Under the pieces are notes generated by a model that searched no databases, was not told where the DNA came from, and saw only the letters and a list, made by a program, of their open reading frames with translations. This document shows positions 61,101 to 64,000 of a stretch of DNA of 64,000 bases, piece after piece. The position numbers were made by a program, and so were the translations under genes. This DNA comes from Protoeuglena noctilucae. Its lineage: Eukaryota. Numbering within the stretch: position 1 is the stretch's first letter; every line of letters starts with the position of its first letter. Location: the NCBI GenBank assembly GCA_958009085.1, contig OY253676.1:806001-870000 (forward strand), given 5' to 3'.

Positions 61101-63233
61101 CTCCCCCAAGCATGCTGAGCGCCCACCGCAGCAACGCGTCAAAGCACGCCCCGACCACGTCGCTGCCCGCCCGCAGGTGTCGTGCGAGAGAATGGACCGT
61201 CGCGGCGAGCGTGACGCACACGGCGGGCGACGCGGGCGGGCGCAGGGACAGAGCGTCCCCCAGCATCGAAAGGCATGCGTCTCTGGTCGGCTGCCCTGGT
61301 CCCAGATCCTCAGCCGTCGCAGATCCCAGCACGGCATCCAGCGCCATCGACTCCGCATCCAACGCCCAGTCCGGCGGGGCAGCCCCGGTGGTTGCTAGCT
61401 GCGAGAGCGCCGCGGCCACCGCCCCCGAAGCATCAGCAAAGGCCGGGCCGAACAACCCCGGCACAGCAGCGCACAGCTTGATCGTGGTGACGATCTGGTT
61501 CTTGTACTGCGCGAAAAAGGTGTGCCACTCCGCCTCGGACTCGAACTCGGGCAGTGTGTCGCCCCGGGGGTCCCGGGTGTGGCACTGGACCAACTCTGCA
61601 GGCACAGAATGGGTGGCGAAAAATGACAGACGAAGGCGGCATGACGGCTCTTGGCACAGCACTGTCGGGGGGGGGGGGGGGGGGGCAGGAGAAGCCTCAG
61701 CAGGTCATCAGGACAAAGCCTGCCAAGCACTGGCCGCACTCACGACCCACTGATGCAAGTGGCATGTGTGACATCCCACATAGCATCAGACACCAGCCAA
61801 ACAAAGCCCCTTCTTTTGTCCATCAACAACCATCTCCCAATAACGTGGCCCTCATCTGCGAGTCTCTCGCGGCAGGCCACCAGCACCGCGTGCACACAGT
61901 CGTCGGGGCAGAGGGGCGGCCGCCGCGCGTCGCCCGGCTTAGGTCGCGTCTCCCTCAGCAGGTTGCCCCACAGCGGCGCAGCGAAGGCCGCGAGGGTCAT
62001 GCTCGGGTGCCGCGTGAAGGCGAGCATGATCTCCAGGAACCCCACCCTCTCCGAGGCGTCGAGCGTGTCGAGGTGCGTGGACCCAAACAGCTGCATGCTG
62101 TCGCACAGCCGCTTGCCGTAGTCCTCGTTGTCGGCACCGGGCATGAGACTCGCGCGGGCTTCCGCGGAGCCCAGCGCTGCCGCCGCGCACCCCGCCAGCG
62201 CCCGCCCCGCCTGGGCCAGCACCGCCCGCCCTGGCTCGCCGTCCTCCTCCCTCACCCGCCGCTGCGTCAGCTGCCGCAGGCACTCGACGGCCGCCAGGCG
62301 CGTGTCCGCGGATCCCTGCTGCCCCAGCACCGCGAACGCATCGACCATGCGCCAATGCCCCAGTCGGTCCAGAGGGCACCACTCGCACACCTGCTCCGCA
62401 CACCGCAATGCCTCGCAGACCACGCCCTCGTGCTGGGAGTTGCCGGAACGCGTGAACTCGACGAAGTGCGCCTCCATGACTCCCCGAAGCACAGGCAGCA
62501 CCGCGTCCAGCGACTCCGTCAGTGCCGCCAGCATCGCCCGGCGCCGGTCTCCCTCCATCACTGCCTGCCCGCCCGCCACCTCCTCCCCCACGTACTGCAG
62601 CACAAGCACCGATGCCGCCGCGGGCGCCACGGCCACCGGGCCGGCCGCCAGTGCGGCCTGGATGCGACTGAGCGCGGCGGCCCACAGGCCCGGCCCCGCC
62701 TGGCACACGCAGTGGGCCAGCAGCAGCGCCGCCATGCTCCGCGCGCTGAACGTCACGTTGTCGCCGCAGGCGCCGTCGAAGAGCTCCAGCGCGTGGCTCG
62801 CCAGCGCTGACTGCGCGTCCAGGCCGAGCTCGCCCCATCGCGACGGCGCGAGGTGCTGCAAGACCTTCAGGCCGAAGTGCTGCGCCTCCGGGGCGGGCGT
62901 CCCGGCCAGGCGGGTCGCGAGGCGCCATGCACCGGTCGCATCGCGAGTCTTCTGAGCCTCGAGCAGCTGGGGGCGAGGCCGGGGAGAGGGCGCACTCGCA
63001 CATCAATGGGCGGGCACTTTTCGCGACCAGTGGCAGCGCGCAGGGGGCTCGTGGGATCTGGAGCCGCTCATGCAACGAAGATCGGACACGTAAGGATCGC
63101 GGCAGTGGCTGAAGGGAAGCATGGCTGATTCGCGGCTCGCCTGCGTGGCAGCGACTTGGTCCGCCTGCGTCGCCCCGATGCGGTGCGCCGCCTCGAGGAC
63201 GGCCAGCGCGTGGACCACCTCCTCGTCCGCCAT
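58147..63233 (-). CDS. XPO5: Exportin-5 / HASTY-like importin-beta family export receptor, about 10 exons
   Basis: HFGLKVLQHL...RW, GQLTYGERNILAEAML, LRNWLRGVREGVYQL, RHLRLLLRHV and MVRDLT resemble HASTY/XPO5 blocks from memory. HEAT-like helical sequence throughout. Confidence 0.8.
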
Positions 63234-64000
63234 CGATCGCTATCGCCTAAACATTCCGGAGCCCGCGCTGCGACAGGCGGCGGGACCTCTCTTGCACCGA
63301 TGCAGCGAACAAGCCGATGACGAGCGCGCGGCGGCTAAAGGCGAATGTGAGGGTCTTTTGCAGACGCATGCCACCGACGAGCTCTTGTCACCAAGCGCTG
63401 CAGCAATCACGATCGTGTGCGGGGCAGGCAGTTTTTGGCACGTCAGAAATGACCCACAAACAAACAACCACAAACAACCACATACGACTGCGGACGGACG
63501 ATCTTAGTCTACACCCGACCCCGCGCTGCGCCCCGTCCGGTCCCCACCAGGCGCGGGTGCGCCTCCGAGCGATGGGCCCCAGCCGTGTCACGGCGGGGAC
63601 CGCTCGTTCGCTGGGGATGCAGCGAGGCGGTACCTGGCCGATGGATCGGATCCAAGCTACCCATCGTGGCCATCGGAGGGCGGATGTGGGGCTGCGTCGG
63701 GCGAGAAGCCCTACCCAGAAACCATCGCTGACGCGGCGCCGGATCCGAGTCTCTGCGACGACCTACGACCTCGCACGCGTTCTGTGCAACAAGCTGCGTG
63801 CGTCGCAAGTCCCATAATTATCGTGGCGCTGCATATCGAACGAGACAGCTTCTTTTATCCTGCGAGGCACTCCAGCGTGTCCTTTTGGCCGGTCCACGTT
63901 CGCCAGCCCGTGTCAGCAGTCGCGCCGCCTTGAGCTTGGTCGCTAAGGAACGTTTCGCAGTGCCACTATGGGAGCTGGGGACCCCGACCAGGTGGTCTTG

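Noticed and set aside
1..64000. TAA/TAG-to-Gln genetic code as in some ulvophytes
   Set aside because: Conserved exons show no in-frame TAR apart from one TAA in ET copy 1, which aligns to Leu. TAA/TAG terminate SRPR, CEP162 and the VTT gene at sensible positions.
63570..64000. Possible 5' exons of a + strand gene (donor-like gtgcgt near 63798, acceptor-like ttcgcag at 63960)
   Set aside because: Splice-like signals are present but there is no recognisable product, and the sequence is truncated by the window end.

Overview
GC-rich, intron-dense nuclear DNA from a green alga (chlorophyte-like; CEP162 suggests flagella/basal bodies), read with the standard genetic code. About 18 spliced protein-coding genes, in order: TM9SF (5' end only), DeSI/PPPDE, PPD7, a CDKC-like kinase, DiT2, a VTT/TVP38 membrane protein, a multi-TM class III cyclase with degenerate catalytic residues, CEP162 (spanning a 200-N gap), two tandem EFFECTOR OF TRANSCRIPTION-like GIY-YIG genes (one with an in-frame stop), SPT6, a B3-like protein, a Tudor + AP2 + FAD amine oxidase fusion, a PPR-like protein, the AGPase large subunit, a tandem USP protein, SRP receptor alpha and exportin-5/HASTY. 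Four signals stand out. (1) At about 20 sites, 25-60 bp 'echo' copies of exon ends (with their splice site or stop codon) lie in the adjacent intron or UTR, and they differ from the exon mostly at synonymous positions. (2) About 17 of roughly 100 inferred introns use AG|GC donors. (3) The Tudor-AP2-amine oxidase architecture is unfamiliar. (4) Introns are G-rich at the 5' end and C-rich at the 3' end. Gene models were built by eye, family calls rest on remembered motifs rather than database searches, and several start codons are uncertain.
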